DNA from: Negaprion brevirostris
Lineage: Eukaryota
Direction of reading: 5' to 3'
DNA length: 64,000 bases
Assembly: GCA_030324005.1 (NCBI GenBank)
Contig: JARDVH010000137.1
Location: 10,163,462-10,227,461 of the forward strand
Notes under the pieces: generated by a model
The model's database searches: none
The model's input: only the letters and a program-made list of their open reading frames with translations
Told to the model about the DNA's origin: nothing
Program-made: the position numbers and the translations under genes
Shown: one piece after another, positions 38,524 through 52,460 of the stretch
Position numbering within the stretch: position 1 is the stretch's first letter
Layout of the letters: the number at the start of each line of letters is the position of its first letter

Positions 38524-38744
38524 CTGCAAAATAACAAACGGAAGCTAAAACAACTATTTCTACCATTTTAGAACATTAAGTACAGCATGTACACAACATA
38601 TGGACATAATGATTGAGGCAATTGGGATACATATTAGGTGTCATATCAAAAATGGCGAACAAAAGTTTAATTAAAAATCTATGATTAAAACTCTGCTCTC
38701 AGAGGTTTCTTTGCTTTTTCTTTTAGTTACAGTTTTTTCCCACT

Positions 38745-39125
38745 TTTTTTATTCACTCGTGGGACATGATCATCGCTGGCCGGCTGGCATTTATTGCCCA
38801 ACCCTAGTTGCTCTTGATTGATGCAACTGAGTGGCTTGCTAGGCCACTTCAGAGGGCAGTTGAGAGTCAACCATATTGCTGTGGTTCTGGAGTCACATAT
38901 AGGCCAGACCAGGTAAGGATGGCAGATGTCTTTCCCTAAGGGACATTAGTGAACCAGATGGATTTTTACAACAATAGTCACCTTTAGATAGCTAGTTCCA
39001 GATTTTTATTGAATTCACGTTTCATCATCTGCTGTGGTGGGATTTGAACCCGGGTCTCCAGACCATTGCCCTGGATCTCTGGATTACCAGCCCAGTGACA
39101 ATACTGCTACATCACCACCTCTCCA
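38745..39125 (-). mobile_element. tRNA-derived SINE (second family); other copies at 42265-42597 (-), 44198-44422 (+) and 51380-51660 (+)
   Basis: Minus-strand head ggtggtgatgtagcagtattgtcactgggctggtaatccagag...gggttcaaatccca (A/B-box-like); tail gggcaataaatgcc...atgtcccacgagtgaataaa. Confidence 0.8.
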
Positions 39126-39314
39126 AATCCTGTCAACTTGGATCTTGTTTGTCTTTCTTGTGGGGACCATGAATTAGAGTCAATCTAAATTTGGTTTTTA
39201 GCCGAAGCAAGGAGATGGATGCGGGTCAGCCCAGTCCACCCTGAGCATTGGCTTTGTAATTTTAAGAATGGAATAAAAATGTAAAAATATATTTCACAAA
39301 AACAGATAACCCCA

Positions 39315-39470
39315 AATGATCATATTGTTGTTTATGGGAGCTTGCTGTGTACAAAGTAGTTGCTGTAGTTCCTACATTACAACAATAACCACCCTTCAAA
39401 AGTACCTCAATGATGGAAAAGGGCTTTGGAATGTCCCAAGTAGTGAATGTGCTTTATAAATGCAAGTCTT
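39315..39470 (+). mobile_element. Deu-domain SINE remnant (SacSINE1/AmnSINE-like); related remnants at ~6615-6790 (-) and ~51810-51950 (-)
   Basis: attgttgtttatgggagcttgctgtgtacaaagtagttgctg...cctacattacaaca...cttcaaaagtac...ctttataaatgcaagt. Confidence 0.65.
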
Positions 39471-40579
39471 ATTTTCATGAAAGATATGTGACATTATAGT
39501 GTGTGCTCTCTTCTAACTCTGCAATACTTTCCTCAGATTTACGGCACTGCGCTAAAGACAGTATTTATTCACTCAGCCTACATTCTGCAGTGTTTGTAAG
39601 GAGCCTGCGATGAAGAGCATGTTTTGCTTGCCTCAGGACTCTGCCTCACTGCGTTTGCTTCCAAATTACATGAAAAGAATTTATCTGCATTCAAGTGAAA
39701 TAAAATTGGAAAGCACTTAGTCAGGCTTCTGCTGTCAGAGTGTTTGAAGTATTTAATTGAGGATGACACTGCATATTTTTTGGATACATAGTGCTAACTG
39801 CAAGGTCTGCGATTTCTGTGCACAATAATTTCCGTTCACCCATCCCTGTGCTTAGCGATTCACATTGGCTGACATCGCAAAACCCTGATTTTGAAAATTC
39901 CCTTTGCTGTGTTCGAATCTCCCCACAAGCCACTTGTCTTACCTTGTAACCACACCCCTCCCCCGCACCCGAACCGTTGCAACCCTCACTGATCTCTGAA
40001 CTCTTCCAAATTTGGTCTATTGAGCATCCCTCATTTTCCTCATGTTGTACCTTCAGCTGCTGAGGCCCCGATACTCTGGAGTTCTCTCCTAAACCTCCCC
40101 CCTTCTATATGCTTCTCTCGTTCTCCCTCTCTCCTCCTTTAAGTAATTTCTTGAAACTTCTATCCTTGATCACGTTTTNNNNNNNNNNGCGAAAATCTCT
40201 CTTCACTAGGCTGAGGGAGAAATTTTATTTGGTAATGCTAAAACTCTTTAGGACACTAATGCGATGACATAAGATGCTATTTACTATAAGTTGTTATTGT
40301 CAACATGTGATCTTGTGCTAAAAGGGGGGGCATCAGTGGTAAACCCCTGAACTTCATATGGGTTTCCAATACGATTCCTTTGAAAAATACCTTGAAGGGG
40401 AGTGGTTTTGCATGTAAGACTGCGGGGTTAAGTGGTCGGCATCTGAATCAGCCAAGATTGCAGCTGGGGGAAACCTTAAACTGATAGTATTTAGAGACAA
40501 GTTATTTCTGTTGAAAGTGTGCTTCTCCAGCCATTTTCTTCGCAGGTACCACAGAAAAGAGAAACAGTTCTTAGAAAAT

Positions 40580-41017
40580 GTTTGATTAATAAATTTGCAG
40601 ATGAAACAAAGGTTGGTTGATTCACAGATAGTGATGAGGACCATCAGAGGATACAGTAGGATATTGATTAGTTGGGTACTTGGGTGGAGAGATGGCAGTT
40701 GGAGTTTAATCCGGACAAATGTGAGATAATGAATTTTGGAAGGTCTAATACAGAGAGGAAACATACAGTAAATGGCAGAACCTTTAAGAGTATTGATTGG
40801 AAAATGGAGCTTGGTGTATAGGTACACAGGTCACAGAAAGTGGNNNNNNNNNNNNNNNNNNNNNNNNNNNNNNNNNNNNNNNNNNNNNNNNNNNNNNNNN
40901 NNNNNNNNNNNNNNNNNNNNNNNNNNNNNNNNNNNNNNNNNNNATTGCTTTTTAACTGGTCGGCGCAACATCGTGGGCCGAAGGGCCTGTTCTGCGCTGT
41001 TATGTTCTATGTTCTAT
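40580..41017 (+). mobile_element. CR1/HER1 LINE fragment (gapped)
   Basis: aaatttgcagatgaaacaaag (KFADxTK), tggcagttggagtttaatccggacaaatgtgag (WQLEFNPDKCE) and a gttctat tail. Confidence 0.88.
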
Positions 41018-41802
41018 AACAGTCAGCTGACCAGCTGACTCACTATAAGTAAGAACCTGTTGGGAATTGTGGGGAGCTTGGAGTGGCCGAGGGCAAGACC
41101 CCAAGTTTGGAGAAATTATGTTTCTTTATTAAACCCTTCCTTTGATTTATAAGTTGGAGTAAGTTTTATCCTATTTTTGTTGTCCGCATTTTGAAGAGTT
41201 ACTTCTGATGGAACAATCACCCTTTGGGTGAAAAAGTTTTCCTCACATCCACACTAAACCTTCTGCCCCTTACCTTAAATCTATGTCCCTGGACGCTGAT
41301 TCTTCCACCAAGCGGAAAAGATTATTCCTGTCTACTCTCATGCCCCTCATAATTTTTGATTGATTCTAAATTGCCCTCAGAAATGGCTTAGCAAGCCACT
41401 CAGTTCAAGGGCAAAAAGGGGCTGGCAAAAAATGCTGGCCTCGCCAGCAATGCCCACGTGAAAGAATAAAGAAAACTCAAAAGCAGCAAAAGCCTTTTTA
41501 TTTATTCCCCTTGTTTGCAAACTGCTTTTGGTGTCCTGAGGTGCTGCACAAATAAAACATTTATTTCTTCTATACAAAGCACTTAGCAAAGTTAATCCAT
41601 TTGTTCAGAATAGCAAACTTCAATTTCAAAACTGTTGATGCAAAGGTTGATGGTACGAAAAGGGCTTTGGGCTGCCAGATGCTGCCTCAAGTCACCTAAT
41701 GTTCAGGTGCAAAAATGGAAAATGCTGGAAAATCTCAGCAGATCTGATTGCATCTGTGGAGAGGTAGTAGGGCCAGTGTTTCGAGTCAGGATGGCCCGCA
41801 CA

Positions 41803-42100
41803 GGGCGGCAGGGTGACACAGTGATTAACACTGCGACAGGGACCTGGGTTCGATTCCCGGCTTGGGTCACTGTCTGTGCGGAGTCTGCATGTTCTCCCCG
41901 TATCTGCATGAGTTGCCTCCAGGTGCTCCAGTTTCCTCCCACAGTCTGAATGATGTGCTGGTTAGGTGCATTGGCTAAATTGCTAAAATTCTCACTCAGT
42001 GTACCCGAACAGGCACCGGAGTGTGGCGACCAGGGGATTTTCACAGTAACTTCATTGCAGTGTTAATGTTAGCCTACTTGGGACACTAATAAATAAACTT
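41803..42100 (+). mobile_element. V-SINE inserted into a Penelope-like hairpin element (41710-42120)
   Basis: V-SINE head, core and tail lie between tttcgagtcaggatggccc and catcagagc, which are adjacent in the uninterrupted element. Confidence 0.8.
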
Positions 42101-43584
42101 TACTTTTACTACATCAGAGCAGATGTTCAGATGCAGTGGTTGTCCTCACTTGGTGTCCTGCTGCAATCTACATAATCAGATCTTACAGTTAATTTCCAAC
42201 CAAAAGATGAAAACAGCATTAAACATTTCAGAAGCCACATCCATGTTATTTTTCTTTACCCTGTATGGCTTATTTAAATTCCAGCATCGGCCAACATTTA
42301 TTGCCCATTCTTAATTGCCCTTGAACTCAGTGGCTTGCTAGACCATTTGCTAGACATTGCTGTGGTTCTGGAGTCACATATAGGCCAGACCAGGTAAGGA
42401 TGGCAGATTTCCTTCTCTAAGGGACATGAGTGAACCAGATAGGTTTTTCTGACAATCAACAATGGTTTCATGGTCATCAATAGATTCTTATTCCAGGTAT
42501 CTTTTATTGAATTCCATCTGCCATGGTGGGATCCCCAGAACATTAGCCGAGACTCTGGATTAATAGTCTTGTGATAATAGCACTAGGCCATCATCTCACA
42601 TTTCTCTTTTTCCTCTCAAGTAACAACGCCTGTTCCTCTATGGTTCAAGAGTTTAGTGTCATATTTCCTTCAAACATCCCCATGGACATCATCAATAACT
42701 CTCTAATTAGCCTAAAAAGGTAAGAATGTTGCATTTGGAAAGCTGATGTTGTTGCATATTTAAACTTGCAATTTTGTCTACTCAAAACTAACTCTGAGCA
42801 CTTCTGAGCCTCCCATTACTAAAGCTATCTTTGACCTTCCCTCAGAATACACTCCCCTGTATTATGTTTTAAAAAACCTAAAGTTCTTAAACTCACTCCA
42901 ATCAAGATGTGATATACCACAAGAGAAGCAGGGGGGGGGGGTGAAATTATAGCCTTTATCACAACACTTGCAACAATCAGCAATGCAAGCCAGAAATGGA
43001 ATGCAGAGCAGGAGCCTCTTTTGGAATTTGTAAGTATCAAACAATGAACATTTATTTATATTATGTAGAATTAATTCAATTTTGATGACTTCATTTTAAA
43101 AGTGGATGCTAGTGATCCTCTGCGGTGTCTCTTTGTCACTGTACTGGAAAACATATGAAAGCAATGAAATAAGATACACCTTTGGGATATGATCTAGGAA
43201 ATCATCAAAGCTGAACAAGTGATGAAGCAACTATTACACAGCACCTATAAAACTTAAATTCCTATCAAAAGTCCAGTAGCACAAATACTATTTATAGTAG
43301 TTTGCATGTGGCCGAGTAGTTCCTTTAAATTGCCCTATTTTAGCGTGCGAGAAATCTTGTATTGCAATTCGATTCAAATTTTTCTTTAACTACAAGTCAT
43401 TCTCTAACAATGCTATTATGCAAGTGCAAAATACAGTTGACAACCAGTTCCCTCCCCTTCAGTGAACAGCACTTTCCAAAATGATTTCCACACAGCCAGC
43501 AGTGATAATGGACATTTTTCTTCAAAAATCTTATCCCTCTGTAGCCTGCCAATCGTACTGAATTTGTTCAGTTCATCAACATAC

Positions 43585-43841
43585 AGCAGGTGGCACAGTG
43601 GTTAGCATCATGCCTCACAGCGTCAGGGACCCGAGTACGATTCCCAGCTTGGATCACCATCTGCGTGGAGTTTGCACGTTCTCCCCATGTCTGCTTGGGT
43701 TTCCTCCGACAGTCTAAAAGACCCGCTGGTTAGATGCATTGACCCAAATAGGCACCAGAGTGTGGCAACTAGGGGAATTTCACAGTAACTTCATTGCAGT
43801 GTTAATGTAAGCCTTCCTTGTGACTAATAAAGAAACTTTAA
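43585..43841 (+). mobile_element. V-SINE
   Basis: ggtggcacagtggttagca...gcctcacagcgtcagggacccg...cacagtaacttcattgcagtgttaatgtaagcc. Confidence 0.85.
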
Positions 43842-46396
43842 CATAACAGTGTCATGCCACAAAGCAGCCCAAATGGTGAGGGCAGCGATATATGGGACTG
43901 GCTCAGTATCAAAACTCAGCGATACCAACTTTAAGCCTTTAAAATAGTCTAAGTTAATTTTTAAAAATAACTTCACTGTCAGTACATTTAACATATGTAA
44001 TTAAATTGTTTTATATTGTATCAAAAATATATTCNNNNNNNNNNNNNNNNNNNNNNNNNNNNNNNNNNNNNNNNNNNNNNNNNNNNNNNNNNNNNNNNNN
44101 NNNNNNNNNNNNNNNNNNNNNNNNNNNNNNNNNNNNNNNNNNNNNNNNNNNNNNNNNNNNNNNNNNNNNNNNNNNNNNNNNNNNNNNNNNNNNNNNGTGG
44201 AATTTGAATTTGAATTAAGAATCTATTGATGATCATGAAACCATTGTTGATTGTCAGAAAAACCCATCTGGTTTGCGAACGTCCCTTAGGGAAGGAAATC
44301 TGCCATCCTTACCCAGTGTGGCCCATGTGGTGACTCTCAAGTGCACACCAAGGGCAACTACAGATCGGCAATAAATGCTGGCCAGACAGCGATGCCCATA
44401 TCCCATGAATGGATAAAAAAAACCTCTTGGCCCATGGGCTGGCAAGAAGTTGTGAACACACAAACATTTCCAGCTTCACAAACAAGTCTTGAATCTAGTC
44501 AGCTCGCAAAGCCATGAATTCGAACGGAAGCTACTACACTCCTATGGAAGGCCCAAGCTGTGCTGCTCCTTTTCCCATTCTGATAGTCCGCCTCCTCAAA
44601 CAGGAACAGTACCATTATATTGTAATAGTTCTCAGATCAACCCTATAAGCGCAGCCCTTTATTTTGCTCCAATTAGCAGATCAGAATTCCAGAGGGATGC
44701 AAAGCTACAACACCTGGGTTATTGGAAGGAAAGGAATGAAAACAGACACGAAAGCATGCCTTCACAATCGGCACTTGCAAAAGAATATAAAAGAGGGTCT
44801 TAATAACATATTAGTGAACTTCATGAATGGAGCTGAACTCCTGCAAGCTAAGTCTATGTCTATTAGGCCTATTCTCTATAAAAAATATAGTTTCCTTCAC
44901 TTAAACTGATGTCACTATTAGCCACAAAAGGATATATTCTCCCTCTCCACAATAAACAAATGGGTAAAATGCTTCTGTGATATATACCAGTCATCTTGCA
45001 AGCACACGGAGCCTCTCTGGCAGCTCCAAGCAGATCCAAACCTTTCATGGAATGCTATTTTAATGAGATCTCCCCAGCCACACACTACCACAAATGGGTT
45101 AACTTGGAAACACTCAAAGGCCATCAAGGAATCTCATGTGTTCAGCATGGCTGTAAAAGCTCCATATGTTATAAATACCTAACCCTATGAAACTTGAGTT
45201 TCATTGACAGGTGCTGTGAAATCTCAGTGAATTCAACTGAATCAGAAAGAAGGCCACTTATCCTACTGGCCTTCTTTCCAAGAGGGTGTGATTCCCAGCA
45301 TAGACTTATTGCAGCAAGAACCTCAATATATATTTGCCCAAGTACCATCTTCATTGAACCAATGGTATGTCAACCTCACAAAATATATATTTTTATCTAT
45401 GCTAATAAAACATNNNNNNNNNNNNNNNNNNNNNNNNNNNNNNNNNNNNNNNNNNNNNNNNNNNNNNNNNNNNNNNNNNNNNNNNNNNNNNNNNNNNNNN
45501 NNNNNNNNNNNNNTGATTTGTAATATAAAACATAAGAAAAGGAAAGTGTGCACATTATAAATCTACCACATACATTATGCTCCACTAGGTTGTCCTGACA
45601 ATGGGCAATCATTGGATGCACAGAGCTGGTAGTTGCTCACACTAATAAGCTGCAAAGATTCTGCTGGCCATCCTTCAATTTTCCACCCTCCACAAGACTC
45701 ATACTCATACTCTGCTGTCCATATTTTATCTTGCACCATGTCTCACACCCGTGCTTGCTGATCTACATTGGCTCCTGGCCCCAACACCACCCTTATTTTC
45801 AGATCCCTCCAATGACTCCTCTCTTCTCGTTTCTCACCTCCATCTCTACAATCCTCTGAATTCTTGGTTCTCCTCCAATCTTGGCCGAAATGCTAGTGGA
45901 TTTTAATGATTCCACTATCGGCAGTCATGCCTTCTACTGTTTAATCCCCAAAGCACACAAATGTGTCTCTCTTTTTGTGTGAGATGCTCCTACAGCCCAT
46001 GATATCTCCCCATGTGGTTTGGGGTCAAATTGTGATTGATAACATTCCATGAAGTGCCTAGGGATGTTCTTTGATGTTTAAAAACTCAATTTTTAAAAAA
46101 TTAATACAATCTGTCATTGTAACATGACATTGAAACAACAGGGAAGAGGGAATAAATAATGTGGGGCTCATTTGATTGCAAAGGCTAACAACACGTAAAA
46201 AATATTATTATACATCTTACAAAGCCCTGATTTGTGTTCAGGGGGAACACCATTTCTATATTTGTGTCAAACTCCATTCAAAACAACTCAGGCTGGTTAG
46301 ACCAGTCTTGGGTGCCTGAAACTTTCACACAAGGTACAATAGTCAGGTAACATCTATAAACTTTAGTACTAACTTTCAAAGGGTTTCTGATACTGA

Positions 46397-46605
46397 TAAA
46401 AGCAAAATACTGTGGATGCTGGGATCTGAAACAAAAACAGAAAATGCTGGAAATCTCTGCAAGTCTGACAACATCTGTAGAGAGAGAATAGAGCCAATGT
46501 TTAGAGTTTGGACGACCTTGGGCTCTGACAAAGGGTCATCCACACTCGAACCACAGATGCTGTCAGACCTGCTGAGATTTTCCAGCATTTTCTGTTTTTA
46601 TTTCT
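46397..46605. mobile_element. Palindromic, probably Penelope-derived element; partial copies at 323-402, 5940-6270, 13110-13200, 14195-14280, 48520-48620 and 60465-60605
   Basis: ~52-bp inverted arms (46428-46480 and 46551-46604) around gctctgacaaagggtcatccacactcgaa. The family assignment is inferred from that central motif. Confidence 0.7.
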
Positions 46606-49600
46606 GAGACTTATGTTTAGCTAACCAGTCTAATAGCATTAACAAGGTTGGATCTGACTCAACCTAATGCAGCTTCTTGTGATACAATAGCAAAAACCAT
46701 TCAAGGTGGCAGTGGTACAGTTTTGTAAAGATTTGTGGATCTCATAGTCCATTTGCAGGCTAGTCAACCATTGAGCGCTTCACAGCTAAGCCTAGTTCTG
46801 TTCCCGACACACCTTTGTTGTTAGTAAATGAAGCAGGTATAAATAGAAAGTCTGTTTGTTCCAGTTGCTAGCAGAAACCTGTTTCTATGCAAAGTCTGCC
46901 ACTCCCAAATTATGTCAAAATATCCTCACAAAAACAAAGTTGTTATTCATGTAGTGTCCTCAAATATACACACTTATATTTAGCACTGCCTACAAGTCAA
47001 AAAAGGAAATCATTGAAATTTCCAAGTCCATGTTGTAATAAAAACGAACATTTCAGAGCAGATTTTTAAATGACAACAGTTGTGGGCTGCCCCGTGTAGA
47101 TTTGTATAGTCAGGTAGGTCTGGGTCTTACAATCTTATGCTTAGCTGCATCGATACACTCAGATATTATCTGGGTCATTAGCCACTATAGGCAGTGGCAC
47201 TGTGATTAAAAAGGGCAAAAAAAGATTGGAATGGGGAATCCTCATTTCCCCTGGGATCACATTTCGCCTATAATTAGAATTAGATCTGATTGGATCTTAA
47301 GAATGGGAATTTCACTGATTTTTAAAAAAAGTTAATTTGACTTACCTTGCAGTGGTGAAATTTTTTTTCAATTTGGTGGGGGTGGGTTGAGTCAAAAAAA
47401 ATTGGTCTGCACATGTTTTTGGACATTGGTGTTACAATTTGGGACCTGTCATTCTGATTCCCAACGTGGCAGGCAGCACACAAATTCTGTGCTGCCTCCT
47501 CATTTAAACTATTTCTGTACGAGTTCAGCCTGACCCATACTGCTGATTGGCTGCAGGAACAAAGTAGGGGGAATTGTGAGACTTTAGCATGTCTTCTAGC
47601 TAGACTCTGGTCTTAAGGAAGCATGTTGTAAACAATTAATGCAATTTCAATCAAGGAAATTGGAACACCAGTGCAGAGGAAGCTCTGTGGATCATGGATG
47701 TGGACAGAGGATAGAGACAATATGACCCTAAAGAAATGTTCTCCATAGGGGCTGTGAACAGAGGCTATGGTGGTCAATTCCTGGAGACTGGCACTGGGGA
47801 CCTGGCAGTGGCATCACAAGAAGTTTAATGACTTCAAGGGGACAGTTAAAATCAATGAATGCATCTTCTGACATCTCCCACCCAGCACATCACCCAATCT
47901 CTCTCACAGCCCCATCAATCACCAAGTTGACTCCAATCAGTTCATATGCCTAGCATTCACTTACTCCACCTCATTTTCATACAACTTTCAATGATCCCAA
48001 CCTCACACCCTCCATATGCCTCCACCTATGTCAGGCACAACATCCAAAAACAGTGTGACACCATCACTGGCATTGTGCTCCTTCTCTTGCAGGAAGAGAT
48101 CTACATAACAGAAAGGGTAACAGAGAACTAGCAAGGGCACCCAGTCATTCAGATAGATAAAACAGATGGTGCTCTGAATGAGGGGACTGTACAGAATATG
48201 GCCCATATCAGTGTGTGTCACCAAGACCACTTGTGATTACAGCACTTCTTACAACCCATCTCAATACTCACCACAATCTCATCCTGCCATTTGGTTTCAG
48301 AGCAAGTTGCAGATAGTGTGACCTTGGATCTCTTGCTTTACATTCAACTCCTGCCATCCTCCCTTCTTATATGACACATTCAAATACTAAAGAACTGACA
48401 CCTGGCTAACCACATTTTGCATAGACAAATAGGTGAGATTTGATCTCAAGTAACTGAGTAAGAGTACTGCATCTACAAAGCATGTTAAACTAAAATGGCT
48501 CTTAAGATATCATAGAAACAGATGTTAACTCTGTTCTCTCTCCACAGATACTGCCAGACCTGCTGAGTTTTTCCTGTTTTATTTCAGATTTCCAACATCT
48601 GCAGTATTTTGCTTTTATTGTAGAATTAAAAATGTTTCGCTTTTCAAGTAGATTCCTTGTGAATGCAAATCAGGGCAATTTGTAACTTTTAATAACATTC
48701 CTCAACAGGTTTAAAAATAAATTGCCTTATTTTGTTATTGACATATTCTGAAAAATGAAGGTCAAAACAATTTGAAATTATCTCAATTTTTTTTTAAAGA
48801 AAGGGTCCCTAGTTTGTACACTCTTATTTGCAGCTACTCCAAAAATAGCACTGATATCACATGCTCAGTGGAACATTTCAGGTACAAAATGAGTCATGTC
48901 AGCAGTACAAGAGGTGACTTTATCGCAAAACACTACCTAAAGCGCATAGCTGTGGTGAAACCAGAGATTGTAGAAACCTGGACTTTCAACCCTTTTCAGT
49001 AAACTGCTGGAATCTGTATTGTGCTGAGATAACTTCTATCAGACTTCACAAACATATTTTGAATAAAATAATGACCAGGGTCTGTAGGACTGGAGATGAT
49101 CTTAACCACAACCTTTGGGCACAGTGTCACACTGTGCTCTGCAAGCAAATTGGTTTTCTCCTCTCATTCAATTGCATCCAAACTACTGACAAACATTTAT
49201 AACTAAAAATACTCAAAGTATAAGATACTGACAAATTAAAAGTTTAAATTAGGAGTTGAAGATCAACCTAAACTTTGCTGCATAAACTGGAGCTTCCTAC
49301 AATTGTAAACAGCAAATTCTGATATCACATTTGAAGATTCTGAAGCTAGAAGTAACAAGTTGGATTTCATTTTAAAAAAGGTTAGCCACAAAACCGCATT
49401 TGTCCAAGTTAAAGTTGACATTTTGGGGATTTAAAGGCATTACACTGCAAAAGCATTCCCCCCCCACCTCACTTTTTGCAAAGGTATATTTTCACCAAAT
49501 GCCTATGGTTTTTTAAAAGTAGGAAGGCACACTCCCAATCTTTGGGCCTCCTTTGGCTTAGTAAGGAATGTGAAATTGCAGTTTGCGCTTCTGTTACATA

Positions 49601-49737
49601 TTAATAGTGCTTGAGCAAGGCAAAACAAAGTTCATTTTTGGAGGTGCCGCATGTGACTGTTCCTCCTAGCACTGTTGTAGATAGCAATTTTGGCAACCTG
49701 GCACATTAGATGGAACATCATCGTCTTGTCAGATGTT

Positions 49738-50055
49738 GGGGCGGCACAATGGTTAGCACTGCTGCATCACAGATTTAGGGACCTGGGTTCAATTCCCAGC
49801 TTGAGTCACTGTCTATGTGGAGTTTGCACACTCTCCCCGTGTCTGCGTGGGTTTCCTCCGGGTGCTCCAGTTTCCTTCCACAGTCTGAAAGATGTGCAAG
49901 TTAGATTGATTGGCAAAGATAAATTGCCCCTTAGTGTAAATTAGAGGGATTAGAGGGGCAAATGTGTGGGGATAGGGTCTGGGTGGGATTGTTGTCGATG
50001 CAGGCTCGATGGGCCGAATGGCTTCCTTCTGCACTGTAGGGTTTCTATGATTCTA
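49738..50055 (+). mobile_element. HE1 V-SINE, full length
   Basis: ggggcggcacaatggttagcactgctgc...ctccccgtgtctgcgtgggtttcctccgggtgctcc...gggccgaatggcttccttctgcactgtagg. Confidence 0.9.
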
Positions 50056-52202
50056 CAGCATCACATTGTGATCCCATCGAAGCAAAGAAAGATCTCTTGA
50101 TTGGAGCTGAAGCGCAAATTATGTATCTATTCTGCATCAGCATTAAAGGATGACGACAAGTATACACAGTAATTAATGTTTTGAGCTGCATTATATTCAT
50201 TAATGGTTACAGCCAAATTCAAAATCAGTTTGGCAAATAAATAGTGATTTGTAAGCGCAGTTCTAATTCAGAAACGTCTGCCTGCTCACAATGTACTTAG
50301 ATTTATGGTGTATTGTGTCTATGCACACTGTGTAAAGGAAGATATATTTAATAATGTATAGCCCAAGGATCTTCGGGCACAGCTTCAGAGAGAATTATTT
50401 GAGAGATAATACTGCTCCCATTTCAATGCTTCATTTATCTTAAATCAAACCAGATCTACAAAGGATAAATTCAGTCGCATAGTGTCAGAATAATTCAACA
50501 CTCTAGCAGCCTGAAGGGAATCACATTCCCCTAAAAATACTGCTGTCACTTGCTTGGCCACTTTGGTGAATGGCATTTTAAATTCTTACTTAGCTTCTAC
50601 ACATCATTTCTTCACTAAGTTGCTTTGACAGTTCTTGTCGTGGCTGCTGCTGTCTGGAATTCCCAATGAAAATCAGTACAGTACATTTCTGACATCACAC
50701 CACCTGTATCCGACAAATTGCAAAGCTACATGTCTCATTCATTTCAACCACAGAATTATTACCTTATAAAGGCAATTTATCAATAGTGGCGCTTCTTCTG
50801 CTTTCATAGAGGGGTATAGACCAAATACCCTTCATCAAATCAACCCCAAAACGAGGCATATCTTTCCCCTGTTAAGATTATTTTGATCTGTTCTGTAGAA
50901 AATGCATTGCACATTGTGCCCATTTAGATAGAAAAAGACTCATTCATTCTTTTTTAAAAAAAAATCAGTTCTACAACAAACAAAATGTTTTAAAAAGTCA
51001 TTCCTACCACCCTCAATACACATTTATTTTGTAAAATTATATGTGCAACATTATTGTATCACCTACATTTCATTTCTCAAGGTTCTTGGGTGTTTCGAGG
51101 TCAGCATTACCATATGCCTATCACTAGGAGCACCCAAATATTGCTGGAAAGCAGCTGGAAGTTCTTTAGACAATGTCTTGCTGGACTATTCTACCCTTTA
51201 AACTTGAGCCAGTAAACTATCACTCCAGTTCTCTATGGCTAAAGAAGTGATTTGAGGAATATTAGGAAGTTCACTATCCCAGATTTCCTACAAAAGCAGG
51301 CATGGAGCAAGCAGAAGCACCACAACTGGCAAGTTCTCTGCCTCCCACACGAGGTAGCCCTCAGCACAAGCATATATCAGGGAAGCAATGGCATAGTGGC
51401 ATTGTCACTGAACTAATAACCTAGAGATGCAGGGCAATGCTCTGGGGCTCTGGGTTTGAATCTCACCACGGCAGATTGTGAAATTTGATTTCAATAAAAA
51501 CCTAGGAGTTAAAAGTTTAATGTTAAAAAGTCTGGTTCACTTTCAGTTCTTTAGGGAAGGAGATCTGCCATCTTGACCTGGTGTGGTCTACATGTAGCTC
51601 CTAATCTATAGCAATGTGGTTTACTCTTAAATACCCGCTGAAGGGGGTCCATCCCATAAAAAAAAATTATGAAACCAAATTGTTTTTAGAATACCAGAAA
51701 ATCCTGCAAACTGTCCTTGCTGACTCCACGCCCAACTTTTTAATCTGCACATTACAAAAGGAAGAAACTCCAAATGCATACCCACAGCACTGATAATCAA
51801 ATAATGAGTGTTCTCAGAACCACATGACATCCCAAAGTTCTTTAAAGACAATAATGTATTATTAGAATGAAGCCACTGTTGTAATGCTGGTAGACGTGGC
51901 AGCCAACTCGCAGTCCCACAGTCAGCAATGAAATAAAGATTATATCATCCGTTTTGGTAATATGCACAAGCCTGAACATTAATTGGGAAACATGTTCATT
52001 ATAAATCTGGCTGGTAAAACCTTGTGCACTTCGTTGAACTAAGTTACAAATACATTGCTACATTGTTGTGGTTGGCCTAACTGTAAAGTTTCCATCGCAG
52101 CTTTAAAGTGTTGCATCCCTTCCATTTTGTTAATGAGTGCTGTAGTACCATGCTTATCACTTGTTTCAGCAATCTACAAACCCAACTGGTAGATCTGCTA
52201 AG

Positions 52203-52460
52203 TCATAGAACATAGAACATAGAACATAGAACATTACAGCGCAGAACAGGCCCTTCGGCCCACGATGTTGCGCCGACCANNNNNNNNNNNNNNNNNNNNN
52301 NNNNNNNNNNNNNNNNNNNNNNNNNNNNNNNNNNNNNNNNNNNNNNNNNNNNNNNNNNNNNNNNNNNNNNNNNNNNNNNTTGACATACCTATAGAACGCC
52401 TTAGGATTCTCCTTAATCCTATCAGCCAAAGCCATCTCATGTCCTCTTTTAGCCCTCTTG
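52203..52460 (-). mobile_element. CR1/HER1 LINE, collapsed across a gap
   Basis: (catagaa)n tail; minus-strand translation LADRIKENPKAFYRYV is a CR1 ORF2 motif. Confidence 0.85.
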
